The position numbers and the translations under genes are program-made. Of a stretch of 64,000 bases of DNA, positions 1 to 10,588 are shown piece after piece (positions within the stretch are counted from its first letter, which is position 1; every line of letters starts with the position of its first letter). The stretch is taken from the NCBI GenBank assembly GCA_030647555.1, contig JAUSJG010000008.1:65467-129466 (forward strand), read 5' to 3'. The stretch is from a bacterium. GTDB taxonomy: Bacteria > Patescibacteriota > Andersenbacteria > UBA10190 > CAIZMI01. Below the pieces are notes generated by a model. That model was not told the DNA's origin, ran no database searches, and worked only from the letters and a program-made list of their open reading frames with translations.

Positions 1-2044
1 GATATAAAAGGTTGATCGCCGCAAAACCTAAATTTTGTTGTTTGTCTTTTGGAAAATTCAGAAAATAAAAGCGGCTGTTGGCGGGGACGGTGGAGTGGTT
101 GGCACTAATTAGCGTTAGGGCGCTCATTGTGAGCGCGGATTGTTGGCGCGCAAGCAATAAATCCGGATGTCGATTGATGAATATAAAAGATTGTGCGCCG
201 GCAAAAAATATAAGAATGATTACGGCGATTTGCTTGAATCTGTTGGGGATGTTTATTTTTGGAAGAAGAGATTGAAAAAATATTCCAAACGTTAGGACTA
301 ATCCGATAAGAGGGAAATAGAGCCATCGTTCTTGCCGTTCGTTGAGTAAAATAAGAAAAGGGATACTCATTAGAATATAGAGGCCTACAGAAAACGTGGC
401 GTGCTTGGGACGTTTAATAAGGGTGATGATTAATAATAGAAATACCGCGCTGATTAAGAAAAGAAGATAAGGTGGCAAATTTAGCGACCAGCCTTTGAGA
501 GAAGTGGCTTGTTCGTAGTAATTACTGATTTTTTGGGATGCCGGGATAACGGTAAAAATGCCTCTAAACGAAAACGCAAGTGATGTTTTTAGGTTTCCGG
601 CCATTACGGCGGGATTAAAAGATGTCTTGTATGACGGGTCGAGATAAGCTGTTTGCATTCCGGGATCGTTTAGCATTGCCGTATGGATGGTTAAAATAAT
701 GGCGGCAACAGCCAAAAAAGGAGCTAATACGCGCATCTGTCGACGCACGAAAAATAAAAAAGAAAGTTTGTCATCAATCGCGAAACAAAACAGCGGTATT
801 AAAGCCAGTAGGATAAAGGAGTTTTCTTTGGATAAAAGAGCGAATGTAAAAAATACAAGGCTCCAAATTAAATAATTATTGCGCCGGTTTTTCCAATAGG
901 CGCCAATCGAAAGAAGGGTGGCAAGAATAAAAGTGGTCGCGAGCACTTCTTGGATGGAACTAAGCCATGCCACAGTAATCCAAATTGCCGCGTGCGTGGC
1001 CCAGAATATTGATAAAACGATAGAGAGACGTCTTTTAAGGAAAAAACGGAAAAGCAAATACACAAGCGCGCCGTTGAAGGCGTGGATCAGGTTGTTGAAT
1101 AAATAATGTGGCCAAGCCGTTAGTTTTGCTAACTGATAGAGCATTGCGGGAATAATGGAATTGGTGATAGGGCGGTAAAAGGCGATTTGTGACTTAAAGT
1201 CGGAATGAGTTGGTTCAACAAAACCGCGATCCGTGAAAAGTAGGGCCGGATTGTTTTTTAATAATACGCGCGCTCTTTCCAGTAAAACAAAATCATCTTG
1301 TCTGAAATAAAGCGTCAGTGTTGGTAAAAAGATGATAAAAATTACCGTAAATACTAAAAAAACGGGTTTTAATTCGGGTAGTAACATTTTTTTTAGGCTA
1401 ATCTGTTCAGTCTCGGCAGGCTTTTTTCCAAATAGCCAAAAAAATGGAGCAATGATTAACAAAGCCAGCGCCAAAGCAAGGGGTGGAAATTGCCGTAAAT
1501 ATATATAAATCAGACCGTAAAGAGGTGGAGAAGAATATGCCGTAAAAGCAAGGTCGCCGTAGGAAGGTTGATTTTTCTGAAAAATTTGTCCTTCCGGATA
1601 TTTTTGACTGTCTATTTGGTATTGCAGAGCGACGCAATCTTTTTCGTTTAGTGTTGGAGCAGAAAGTTCAAAATAGATGTTCTTTCTACTGATTGGCTTA
1701 AAACTAAATACTAATTTGTCATCTCTTTGTGCATTGCCGAGAGTGCTATCGATTTGTCTTAATACTAAACTATCGTTTGATGTTTTCTTTATTGACAGTC
1801 GTATCGGGGTGTTATCGGGTAATACTTTTTTATTTATTTTAACTTCTATTCCCGAGATGTAACCCGCGGGGACGTGTATTGTCTGTCCAATTCTTGATTC
1901 ACCAAAAACTTTTCTGACGTGGAGATTGTTTTGATCTGCTTCGTTAGTTTGGGAAATCATGGAAATCGGTTTCCACACAAATAGAAACACTAGCGCAAAA
2001 AATAGAATTGTATAAATTATTATTCTAATTTTACGGCTAATCAT
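1..2044 (-). CDS. TMTC/PMT-like multi-pass membrane glycosyltransferase (GT-C-like) with N-terminal extracytoplasmic domain; runs off the window edge
   Basis: Absent from the ORF track because there is no stop in the window. Manual translation from ATG 2044 gives MISRKIRIIIYTILFF...YFRQDDF...AFYRPI...FALLSKENS...NERQERWLYFPLIG. The DD, YRP, SKE and ERxLYxP motifs are typical of TMTC-type GT-C proteins. Confidence 0.8.
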   Translation of the reverse strand, partial: MISRKIRIIIYTILFFALVFLFVWKPISMISQTNEADQNNLHVRKVFGESRIGQTIHVPAGYISGIEVKINKKVLPDNTPIRLSIKKTSNDSLVLRQIDSTLGNAQRDDKLVFSFKPISRKNIYFELSAPTLNEKDCVALQYQIDSQKYPEGQIFQKNQPSYGDLAFTAYSSPPLYGLIYIYLRQFPPLALALALLIIAPFFWLFGKKPAETEQISLKKMLLPELKPVFLVFTVIFIIFLPTLTLYFRQDDFVLLERARVLLKNNPALLFTDRGFVEPTHSDFKSQIAFYRPITNSIIPAMLYQLAKLTAWPHYLFNNLIHAFNGALVYLLFRFFLKRRLSIVLSIFWATHAAIWITVAWLSSIQEVLATTFILATLLSIGAYWKNRRNNYLIWSLVFFTFALLSKENSFILLALIPLFCFAIDDKLSFLFFVRRQMRVLAPFLAVAAIILTIHTAMLNDPGMQTAYLDPSYKTSFNPAVMAGNLKTSLAFSFRGIFTVIPASQKISNYYEQATSLKGWSLNLPPYLLFLISAVFLLLIITLIKRPKHATFSVGLYILMSIPFLILLNERQERWLYFPLIGLVLTFGIFFQSLLPKINIPNRFKQIAVIILIFFAGAQSFIFINRHPDLLLARQQSALTMSALTLISANHSTVPANSRFYFLNFPKDKQQNLGFAAINLLY

Positions 2045-2052
2045 ATGTGGGA

Positions 2053-2081
2053 AGTTTATCTGTAGATGAGCATATATTCAA
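2053..2081 (-). promoter_or_regulatory. sigma70-type promoter, probably leaderless
   Basis: TTGAAT-17 bp-TAAACT on the minus strand, 8 nt before ATG 2044. Confidence 0.5.
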
Positions 2082-2130
2082 GCTGTAAAAGCGAGACACA
2101 TATTTATAAATAATCTTGTATAATCAGGGC

Positions 2131-4659
2131 ATGGTTGATGCGGATACAGTTTACGGTCAAAGAAAATCAAATTGGGTTTGGGTAATTATGCTTGTTTCTG
2201 TTTTATTGTTTGCGGGCATATTGATTTTTCAGACGCGAGAAATAATTGTTAATAATCCGATCATAAGTGAAGGCGTGGCGTATGCGCCGGTTGGTACGGG
2301 GAATGGGATTGATGTTTATGATAATCAAGCGTTGGTTCAAGAGTTTATCGCGACGGAAACAGAAATAACGCATATTTCCGTTGGTTTGAAAAATTTCAGA
2401 GGTGCAGATGCTGGTTCTTTCGTTTCTGTGGGGGTTTACGATCATGAGGGTGTTTTGTTGGGAAAAGAAGAGTTGCAAATTTCCGAATTATGGTCTGATG
2501 ATTTTACTAGGTTCAAAGTGTCGGCCAGACTATTGATTGGCGGGAGGTATAATATTTTAATAACAACAAGGGGCGTTGGGGAGGAAAAAGCGTTAAGTGC
2601 TTTCTATGAACCCAAAATTTACTCACTTCCGGGAGTTCAATTATTTTCCAAATCAGGGGAAAATGGTGCAAGTCGGCAAATAGTTGGTCATATCGGTTTC
2701 AAAGTTTTGCGCGAATCGACTCCTTCAGTACTTTGGCATATTGTATTGCGTGGGTTACAGTATCGCGTACTACTTTTTTACGCATTATTAATTCTAATAG
2801 CGACGCTTATTCGTCCAGTTAGAATATTTATAAAAAAAGTAATTACGACACAACTGAAGTTGAGTGTCGCGACGTTATGGTTTAGTAAGCGCGAAATATT
2901 TTCTGTTTTGTTTCTTGGAGTAGTATTGGCCGGAATTGTAACGGCGCCATATTACTTACTATTAAATAAAATGGATTCGATGGGGGATGTTCATCGTAAC
3001 TTGCTTTTTCGCGCGCTTGGGCGGGAATCAATTCTGAAAGACGGAACGATCGCGCAATGGGACCCTTATACTTGCGGTGGTGTACCACTTTTGGCCAATA
3101 TCGAATCGGCACATACGGATCCTTTTTTCTTGCTCTCATTGGTATTTGGTGAAAATTTAGGATTGCGTTTGTCGGTGACGCTGACGCTCGCATTCGGTTT
3201 TTTTGGAACGTATTTATTGGCGCGTCGTTTTCTTGGGGTAAATAAATTACCGGCGATATTGGCGGGAGCAATTTATTCTTTCTCCGGTTTTCAGATGTTG
3301 GCGTTTTCTACGGGTGTTTTTGCGTGGATTCCTGTCGGATTAATTCCATTGTTTGTATATTTTTACCTGCGAAGTTTGGAAAAAAATATTTATTTAATAC
3401 CCACGGCGGGAATGTTGGCATGGATCTTTTTAGGTGGCGGACCCCATATGCCTGTTTTTGCCGTGATTTTAGTAGGTCTTTTGGCGATTGGCGTTGCGAT
3501 TGGTTTTCGAAGCTTACGACCAATACTGATGTTGTATCTTGTTTTGATTACGGCCGGCTTGTTCTCGGCAGTGAAGTTATTGCCGGCCGTGGAGTTGGTA
3601 GTAATTTTTGACGCCTTTAATCGTTTACCTTCGTTTATCGCGTCCCTCTCATGGTTGCCAAAAATGTTTATTGATCGCCACCAGGACGCTTCTTTTGCCT
3701 GGCATTACGCGTTAACGGGAGAAAATTATCGCTGGTCGGAGTTTGGCAGTTATGTTGGTTTAGTACCGGTATTGTTATTTTTATTTGGCTTGCCGTTTAT
3801 CGTGCGAAAGAAAATGGTTCTGGCGTGGTTAATTATTGGCTTGATTATTCTTGTAATGGTATTTGGATTTTTCCCATGGACGTTAATTCAGCAAATACCT
3901 GTTTTGAAAGAAATTGTCCGCAATCCCCAGCGACTGCGCAGTATTTTCTTTTTGCCGTTTGGATTGCTTTGTGCGTATGGGCTAAACGCGGTATCCGAAA
4001 AGTTAATTAAGAAAACTTTAATCCGGAACATTGTTGTTGGGCTGGTGGTTCTTTTTGTAATCGGTGATCTGTTTGCCGTTGGCGCGCCAAATTTTTACAA
4101 TTTATTCAATTTATCCCGGCCCAAACTTGAGCGACAGGAAAAATTTGTGCGTTTGAATGGCGGTTATACTGATGAAGATAGTAGTTATTATAAGGCGGGC
4201 TATTTGAATTATCTCGCGCGGGAGGGGACGACGGATTTGTGCGTCCCCAATATGGTGATTAATAGGCCGATGATGGCTTCGGGTAAAGGAACCACGAGTA
4301 AAACAAGACCCTATAAAGGGGAAGCGTATATTCTCAATTCGGATGTAAAGGCGGATGTTGTTTCTGTTTCCCCGACAAAAATTATCGTACAAATGGAAAA
4401 ACTTGAGCGGGATGGTTGGCTGGCCATCAATCAAAATTATTATCCCGGTTGGAAGACGGTGCCGAAAAGGGAAGTAGCACAAAAAAACGGTCTTGTGGCG
4501 GCGCGCGTGCTTATGAGTGATAAAAAAATTGTTTTTAAATATTTTCCACTTTCTTTTTACGTTGGTTTTTGGATTTCTTTCGTATCGGTGTTAATTGCAG
4601 GGGCTGTTATGTTGCAACGATTTTTCTTATTCCGAAAGAATAAGTTTCGTAACCGCTAA
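2131..4659 (+). CDS. YfhO-like GT-C membrane protein with N-terminal extracytoplasmic domain
   Basis: ORF of about 840 aa with many TM segments. WDPYTCGGVPLLAN and C-terminal INQNYYPGW...F.Y.P are YfhO-like. ATG 2131 lies 6 nt after TATAAT (2119-2124). Confidence 0.75.
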   Translation: MVDADTVYGQRKSNWVWVIMLVSVLLFAGILIFQTREIIVNNPIISEGVAYAPVGTGNGIDVYDNQALVQEFIATETEITHISVGLKNFRGADAGSFVSVGVYDHEGVLLGKEELQISELWSDDFTRFKVSARLLIGGRYNILITTRGVGEEKALSAFYEPKIYSLPGVQLFSKSGENGASRQIVGHIGFKVLRESTPSVLWHIVLRGLQYRVLLFYALLILIATLIRPVRIFIKKVITTQLKLSVATLWFSKREIFSVLFLGVVLAGIVTAPYYLLLNKMDSMGDVHRNLLFRALGRESILKDGTIAQWDPYTCGGVPLLANIESAHTDPFFLLSLVFGENLGLRLSVTLTLAFGFFGTYLLARRFLGVNKLPAILAGAIYSFSGFQMLAFSTGVFAWIPVGLIPLFVYFYLRSLEKNIYLIPTAGMLAWIFLGGGPHMPVFAVILVGLLAIGVAIGFRSLRPILMLYLVLITAGLFSAVKLLPAVELVVIFDAFNRLPSFIASLSWLPKMFIDRHQDASFAWHYALTGENYRWSEFGSYVGLVPVLLFLFGLPFIVRKKMVLAWLIIGLIILVMVFGFFPWTLIQQIPVLKEIVRNPQRLRSIFFLPFGLLCAYGLNAVSEKLIKKTLIRNIVVGLVVLFVIGDLFAVGAPNFYNLFNLSRPKLERQEKFVRLNGGYTDEDSSYYKAGYLNYLAREGTTDLCVPNMVINRPMMASGKGTTSKTRPYKGEAYILNSDVKADVVSVSPTKIIVQMEKLERDGWLAINQNYYPGWKTVPKREVAQKNGLVAARVLMSDKKIVFKYFPLSFYVGFWISFVSVLIAGAVMLQRFFLFRKNKFRNR

Positions 4660-4660
4660 C

Positions 4661-4930
4661 AGGTCGAGAGATTTGACGTAACGGCCACATCGGAGGTGGT
4701 GCTCTTCGTCCCGCGAAACCTTGGTGAAGTGGGATCAGCACCTCGTGCCTGCCCCTCGTAACTTTAGTGAAGTGGGGCGATGTGGAAGACGGTTCGTATC
4801 TCGACGCGCTAACCAACGCCACCTCCGAAGAAGAGCAAGGTCGGACTGCCGAGCGGTCCGACCTTAATTGGTGGCAACGTGTCGTCGGCCAATGCGGGTC
4901 GGACCTTTATGAATAAAAGTCCGACCCGAT
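4661..4930. repeat. Cluster of nested GC-rich palindromes (REP-like)
   Basis: GTCGAGA..TCTCGAC, CCACATCG..CGATGTGG, two CG(A/T)AAC(C/T)TT(G/A)GTGAAGTGGG units, and GGTCGGAC/GTCCGACC pairs at 4839-4863 and 4896-4928. Confidence 0.7.
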
Positions 4931-5029
4931 AACCTGTGAGGGGTTACCAAGTTTATTAATTTGTTTTACCGGAGAGATTCTTTGCCTATACAATCCTCGC
5001 GGTTCGGGCTATGTTTTAAGGGCAATAAA

Positions 5030-7285
5030 ATGCTGAAGAAATTTACCGAAGATAAGTATATTATGCTCGCGGTCGCGGTATTGATTGCCGTGGTGGTTGT
5101 ATTAGGGATTATATTTCTTCCTCTGGGTGAACAAACTCGTTTTGTTGTTCGCGTGAAAGACAGCTTGATCAAAGAAACGCTTGTTCCGTCTGCCGAATAT
5201 AAACAAGAATTTAAGGCACCGGTAAAATCGGTGCGAGGACTTACTTTTTATTTTGATAAAATCGCTAAGATTGCTGGCGTAGAACTGCAGATATTGGACG
5301 AGGGTGGAAAAATAATGGCAAGTTCCCGCAATGCTAAAATAACATATACGGAAGTGCGAACAGACGCGAGTTTCCGTTTTCGGAAGGTTGATTTGGAAAA
5401 AGATACAAAATATTTCATTCGACTAGCTAATCATGGGACAAAGCCGGTTAACTTGTGGTCGCGTGATGTAAACGGAGAAAATTTGATCGCATTTTCAATT
5501 TTGTCTCCCGCGAAAATTGATTTTCGATCGAGCGCCGGCGCGCTTACGGGGGTAATATTTTTGCTGGGGTTGGCTGTTGTAAAATTCATAAATGAAAAAT
5601 ATAGATTAGTTGGTACTATTATTCTCTTGGCGGTGATTACACCGCTGGCGTTGGGTGGTTTTTGGAAAATGGATAAGTTTGGGATTTCTGATTGGGATTA
5701 TTATATGTCAACACACAGTGCTTACCGGCAGGCAATTTTAACCAATCACGTTTTTCCGTTTTGGGAGCCGTATACGGCGGGTGGAACAGCCGGCTTAGCT
5801 GATCCGGAGTTTCCTGTTTTATCGCCATTATTTATTCCGGAATTGATTTTTGGGGTGCCGATTGGAATAAGAGTGGCAGTAATGCTTTCTGTTTTAGTGG
5901 GCGGGCTGGGAGTATTGGCGTTGTCGAGGAGTGTGAAATTAAGTCTTGAGGCCTGTACGCTTACGGCAATCGGCTATATGTTCGGCAGTGTTAATTTGTT
6001 GGAAATTGTCGAGGGGCACACCAACATTTATATGGCGATGTGGATACCATGGATTTTTTGGGCGTGGTTAATGATGATTCGTGGAAATAAAAAACCAATT
6101 ATTTGCGGAATATTTTTGGCGCTGACTTTTTATGGCGGGGGAATTTATTTGCTGATGTATACGGTGGTTGCTTTTATCGGGTTGGGATTATTCACAAAGA
6201 AGCCATTACGGACATTTGGGCTGACGGTAAAAGCGGGTTTGTGGGCGCTGGGGCTTTCGGCGTTAAAATTAATCCCGGTCTTTTTGTGGTTGAAAAATTA
6301 TCCGGATGCGATGTACGCGAGTTCCGTAAATACGCTACCATGGTTAAAGCAAATTTTTCTAGAGCGAATTTCTCACGGGGCGCAGGCAATTTTTAATCAA
6401 GGAGGAGGTTGGCACGAATATGGCGCATATCTTGGGTATTTTTTACTGGTGCTGGCTTTGCTCGGGCTTCTTCGATTACGTACTCAAAAGTTTGTTAGAT
6501 TGTTGAGTATTGCCGCGGTTGTCGCTGTTTTGATTTCCGCGAGCGGGCCACTGTTTAAACCGTTCTTTGATATATTTCCATTTATTCCTCGTTCGAACAT
6601 CTCGCGTTTCGTGTTGTTTGCGGTTATTCCCCTAGTATTACTGGCCGGGTTTGGCGTTGATTTGATCAGAGAAAAAATCAAGTTGGGAAATATCCTGGCA
6701 CTGATTATTATTGGTTGCGTGGCAGTGGATTTAATGAGTTTCTCGTATCTGCTTTCTACACAAGCATTTGTCTTGGATCCAATCGTTATTTCCACAAAGT
6801 CGGCATATCCAATTGAGTTTACCGCTGACAATTATTCAACGACGACTGTTGATGTGAACGGGAATGATGTTAAGTATTCACGTTCATATGCCGCATTTTT
6901 GGCCGGTTATGGATCTACGACCTTCCCATCTGTTTTAGGACCCGATGCGCGCGTAAAAACCATTCAGGATGAAAAACATCCGTATTTGGAGTTGGAAAAC
7001 GGGTGGGGTGAGGCGAAGTTGCTAAAATGGAGCCCCAATTCGGTGATAGTGGCCGTGGATGTAAAAGAGAGTGATAATTTGATTATCAATACCAACTTTG
7101 CGCCCGGCTGGTACGCGAATGGTATGCCAGCGAAGGATATTACCGGACGTGTTTCAACACGGATTTCGTCGGGGCAATCGGAGGTTCGATTTGAGTATAT
7201 TCCCCCCGGATTTTTTACCGGAGTATTGATTACTCTTTTTACACTTGGCTTGGTGGGATATTTCAGAATCAGGAAGAAAAAATAA
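5030..7285 (+). CDS. YfhO-like GT-C membrane protein, paralog of 2131..4659
   Basis: Shares FWEPYTAGG..LADPE, WHEYGAYLG and NTNFAPGW with the upstream gene. Start ATG 5030 inferred. Confidence 0.75.
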   Translation: MLKKFTEDKYIMLAVAVLIAVVVVLGIIFLPLGEQTRFVVRVKDSLIKETLVPSAEYKQEFKAPVKSVRGLTFYFDKIAKIAGVELQILDEGGKIMASSRNAKITYTEVRTDASFRFRKVDLEKDTKYFIRLANHGTKPVNLWSRDVNGENLIAFSILSPAKIDFRSSAGALTGVIFLLGLAVVKFINEKYRLVGTIILLAVITPLALGGFWKMDKFGISDWDYYMSTHSAYRQAILTNHVFPFWEPYTAGGTAGLADPEFPVLSPLFIPELIFGVPIGIRVAVMLSVLVGGLGVLALSRSVKLSLEACTLTAIGYMFGSVNLLEIVEGHTNIYMAMWIPWIFWAWLMMIRGNKKPIICGIFLALTFYGGGIYLLMYTVVAFIGLGLFTKKPLRTFGLTVKAGLWALGLSALKLIPVFLWLKNYPDAMYASSVNTLPWLKQIFLERISHGAQAIFNQGGGWHEYGAYLGYFLLVLALLGLLRLRTQKFVRLLSIAAVVAVLISASGPLFKPFFDIFPFIPRSNISRFVLFAVIPLVLLAGFGVDLIREKIKLGNILALIIIGCVAVDLMSFSYLLSTQAFVLDPIVISTKSAYPIEFTADNYSTTTVDVNGNDVKYSRSYAAFLAGYGSTTFPSVLGPDARVKTIQDEKHPYLELENGWGEAKLLKWSPNSVIVAVDVKESDNLIINTNFAPGWYANGMPAKDITGRVSTRISSGQSEVRFEYIPPGFFTGVLITLFTLGLVGYFRIRKKK

Positions 7286-7353
7286 GGATCACACGCGATA
7301 TTGAGTTAGATACAATCAATTGACCGATATTTTTGTCATCTCTTGTTTTGTAA

Positions 7354-7510
7354 TAATGACCAATACCCAATACTCAATGACCACTGAATAACCAATGCGT
7401 TAATGACCACTCTAGATACGAATACCGTGATAACAAAACGTCCGCATAGTAATTGGTCATTTAGCTTAGTGGTCATTCAGTGGGTATTGGGTAGTGGTCA
7501 TTGGACATTA
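7354..7510. repeat. Imperfect inverted repeat of about 57 bp built from 7-mer units (AATGACC/AATACCC)
   Basis: Left arm 7354-7410 reads aatgacc-aataccc-aatactc-aatgacc-actgaat. Right arm 7452-7510 is its imperfect reverse complement. It lies between convergent genes. Confidence 0.75.
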
Positions 7511-7568
7511 TTTGAGAATAAAAGAAACAGAGGGATTATCAGGAATAACCACGCTTGCGTATGTTACA

Positions 7569-9101
7569 TTAATCTTCTGTATCGGGTGTGGAAGGATTAT
7601 TTTTCGGTGCGGAAGATTCACTCGCAGAAATGCGTTTAAAAATATATGTTCCGTCGCCACTCCAAACTTGCGAAAAATTTTTATCGTTTTGTAAAACAGT
7701 GATCTCATGTTCCATTGATCCTTGCTGGAGTGGCCATGAACTAACGAATTGACTGACAATCAGCCACTGGGTTGAGCTATTTATTTCCGGATATAGTTGG
7801 AGGTTCCGGCGGTTGGCAAAACGCGCCGTAAAACCACTGGAGACGGCCACTGTATCGTCGGTCGGAATAATTTCCAATGCTTTTGTTACCGCCTCGTTGT
7901 GTTTAGTAATAAGTTCCGTTGGCATAATGTGTCTGGCACGCGCCCGGTAGAGGGGCGCTTTTTTATCACTCCACGCGTTTTTTTGCACGCTGAAAATCAG
8001 AAGGGCGCAAATAATTACGACAAAAACATTTTTAAGTCTATTCAGGCGTACTTTATTTAATAGCCAAAACAAATAGCTAATCGAATAAATTCCGCCAATC
8101 GCCAACAATGGAAGAATGTTGCCATTGGAATAATTGTTGATCAACCAGCGATATTCGTTGGGGCTGGCAAAACGCGAATAAAAAATTGTTAAACCGGAAA
8201 GATACGTAAGGGGCGTAAAGGCCGGTAAATAACCGAATGATGAAAAAAGCGTATTGATTGTGTTTCGTTTTGTTTCCGTATCGGTCATATTTTGAAAAAT
8301 GGCTTTCGGGTAGACAAAAAAACCGCGTACAACACTATAAGGATCTTTATTGCCCGTATCGAGGTAAGTAAGCGCGTCACCACCCCTGGTCCATTGGGGC
8401 ATAATGATGTAAGCGACCACGCAAAAATAGGTGAAGGAAATAATCATCACGCTTAGCCAGATGAGTATTTTCTTTTTGTCGAAAGACTGTTTGCGTATTC
8501 GTGCGCGAACGAACACACCAATTTGTTGAAGGAAATAAAACAAGCCGAGCATAAAAAAGATCGGTGGCGCGTCTTCGCGGGTAATAAGACCAAGAACAAG
8601 TGAAATCCAGAAGAGAATTTTTTTGTCAAAATGCCAAGCGTAAATAAACCAAAGAATAATTCCACCGGTTAAAACCGACGGATGGAAATCAACGTTAAGA
8701 GCGTATTGTGTGCCGATAAATGCCAAATAGGCGTAGAGAAAAGCCAAGCCAAGTAGGGAACTGTTAAGAATTTTTTGCGCAATTTTATAGAGTGGATAGC
8801 CGGACAGAGTGACGACCAATACCTGCGCGACCAATAAAACGCGTGCGTCGGGAAACAAGCGATAAATCGGAGCAAACAACGCGATAATAAAGTGCGCGTG
8901 GTCGCCCCACATCACCATATTTTTAAATGTATTAAACGGGAGACGGAAGTGACTTAGGTTAAACAAAGCTTGCGCATAGGCACCTAAATCCAAACCTGTT
9001 TCAAATAAACGGAAATTGGAAAAAACCATTTGCAAATAAAGCACGGTGAAAATTCCGATTAAGACAAACGCGACGGTGTTGAAAATTCGGTGGCGGTTCA
9101 T
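7569..9101 (-). CDS. DUF2079-family membrane protein (predicted GT-C)
   Basis: DLGAYAQAL...WGDHAHFIIALFAPIYRLFPDARVLLVAQ, DFHP and TRED motifs. ATG 9101 has AAGGA upstream. Confidence 0.75.
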   Translation of the reverse strand: MNRHRIFNTVAFVLIGIFTVLYLQMVFSNFRLFETGLDLGAYAQALFNLSHFRLPFNTFKNMVMWGDHAHFIIALFAPIYRLFPDARVLLVAQVLVVTLSGYPLYKIAQKILNSSLLGLAFLYAYLAFIGTQYALNVDFHPSVLTGGIILWFIYAWHFDKKILFWISLVLGLITREDAPPIFFMLGLFYFLQQIGVFVRARIRKQSFDKKKILIWLSVMIISFTYFCVVAYIIMPQWTRGGDALTYLDTGNKDPYSVVRGFFVYPKAIFQNMTDTETKRNTINTLFSSFGYLPAFTPLTYLSGLTIFYSRFASPNEYRWLINNYSNGNILPLLAIGGIYSISYLFWLLNKVRLNRLKNVFVVIICALLIFSVQKNAWSDKKAPLYRARARHIMPTELITKHNEAVTKALEIIPTDDTVAVSSGFTARFANRRNLQLYPEINSSTQWLIVSQFVSSWPLQQGSMEHEITVLQNDKNFSQVWSGDGTYIFKRISASESSAPKNNPSTPDTED

Positions 9102-9106
9102 TGTCC

Positions 9107-10588
9107 TTAGTCTTTTGGCCAATCAATTGAACCCATATCGTTTGTCGGAGTAACACGGAAGTTTTTCAGGTATGGACATACTTCATTTGGTAAAATTTTA
9201 TCATTGGGCATTCTGTAACTAATAAGCCACCGTACATCTTGTTTACGCTTAGCAACCCTAATTTGGGGGTTGCCGTCGGCCAGGTAATACAGTCGATTGC
9301 GAATGTGAACATTGTTAGAGAATATTTGATCGAGAGAACTTATGCAACCAATTAGTGGTGCGGTCGCCACGCGTCCGGAGGCGTATTCAAAACGGCTGGT
9401 GCCGATAATTGGAAATGTGTCGTTGCTCCCACTTGTTGCCAAGAAGGGAATAATTATTAGCGATAGATTTGTAATAATAAGAACGACTGACAGGATTACT
9501 GCAAATGAATAGCTGATTTTTTTGCGGAGTCGTCCGATTATTTCTCCAAGACCGATTCCCGCCATAAGCCAAGTGCCCAGTGTAATAATGATAAAGTAAC
9601 GAATGGCGTAATACTCAATCATATAGACAAGGACAAGATAACTTATAGAAAGGCCGATGAGCCAACCCGCCATCGCGAATTTGTGTTTGCTGAAAATAAA
9701 GCCGAAAATTATCAATAATAAAAGAATGATGGTGATTAGCAGTGCCATGCTGTCATTAAAAGTTCGTGCCGTGTATTGCGCGATAAATAGCGAGCCGGAA
9801 AGAAAACGCGGGGCGATTGAAAATAATTCACTTAATCTTGTAGAAAATAGTCCGGCAGTTTTCTCGATATTTCCTTGATCGAGATTGTTGATTAACAGAT
9901 TAACAAATTGAACACAAAATATCGCCCAGAAACCGATCAAAAAAACAAAAGTTTTGGCAAAAAGTTGTTTAATTTTTTGTAACGAGAAATTGGGTACCAG
10001 TTTGATAATCCCGAATACGCATAAAATCGCTGTTAGTACCGGTAAAAACAGAATATGCGTGCTTAGGCCGAATCCGGCAGAGATGCCCGCCAAGAGTGGA
10101 GACCAGTCTGTTTTTTTACGAAATAAGTAGATTGTGAGGATAGCGAAAAAAGGCAGGAGGGTGATTGCCCAACCGATGCGCATTTCGGACCAATAAATAG
10201 GAGAGAATGCAAGGGCGATGAGTCCGAATAGGCCGGGGATTTCCCCAAAAATTTTAAGAAGGACATCGTAGGCAAGCCAAAAAAATGCAATTGAAAAGAG
10301 GAGAGCAATAATGCGCAGTGACAAGGTATTGTGACCGAAAACAAAAACAAACGGAATCCGCAAATAGTCGATCCAGACGCCGATATATGATCTTTCACCT
10401 TGAATAGCCGGTTTGGTTTTGTTGAGTAATTCTTGGACATTGTGTCCCTCATCGCCTTCGTCTCCTAGTAGTCCCGGTACACTGGAAAGATACGCGGAGT
10501 TTGTGACGAGAAATAAGCCGAAAATGAATAAAACAACCCATTGTCGTAAATTTAATTGTTTAATTGTGCGGGAAATATAATTAAGCAT
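9107..10588 (-). CDS. ArnT/PMT (GT39/GT83)-like membrane glycosyltransferase
   Basis: 493 aa, with PGLLGDEG (DE after TM1), SLR..LFS and about 11 TM segments. Confidence 0.7.
   Translation of the reverse strand: MLNYISRTIKQLNLRQWVVLFIFGLFLVTNSAYLSSVPGLLGDEGDEGHNVQELLNKTKPAIQGERSYIGVWIDYLRIPFVFVFGHNTLSLRIIALLFSIAFFWLAYDVLLKIFGEIPGLFGLIALAFSPIYWSEMRIGWAITLLPFFAILTIYLFRKKTDWSPLLAGISAGFGLSTHILFLPVLTAILCVFGIIKLVPNFSLQKIKQLFAKTFVFLIGFWAIFCVQFVNLLINNLDQGNIEKTAGLFSTRLSELFSIAPRFLSGSLFIAQYTARTFNDSMALLITIILLLLIIFGFIFSKHKFAMAGWLIGLSISYLVLVYMIEYYAIRYFIIITLGTWLMAGIGLGEIIGRLRKKISYSFAVILSVVLIITNLSLIIIPFLATSGSNDTFPIIGTSRFEYASGRVATAPLIGCISSLDQIFSNNVHIRNRLYYLADGNPQIRVAKRKQDVRWLISYRMPNDKILPNEVCPYLKNFRVTPTNDMGSIDWPKD

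Noticed and set aside
78-1862. Short ORFs listed in the track at 78-1862
   Set aside because: They are shadows of the long minus-strand frame 2044->1, which the track omits because it has no stop inside the window.
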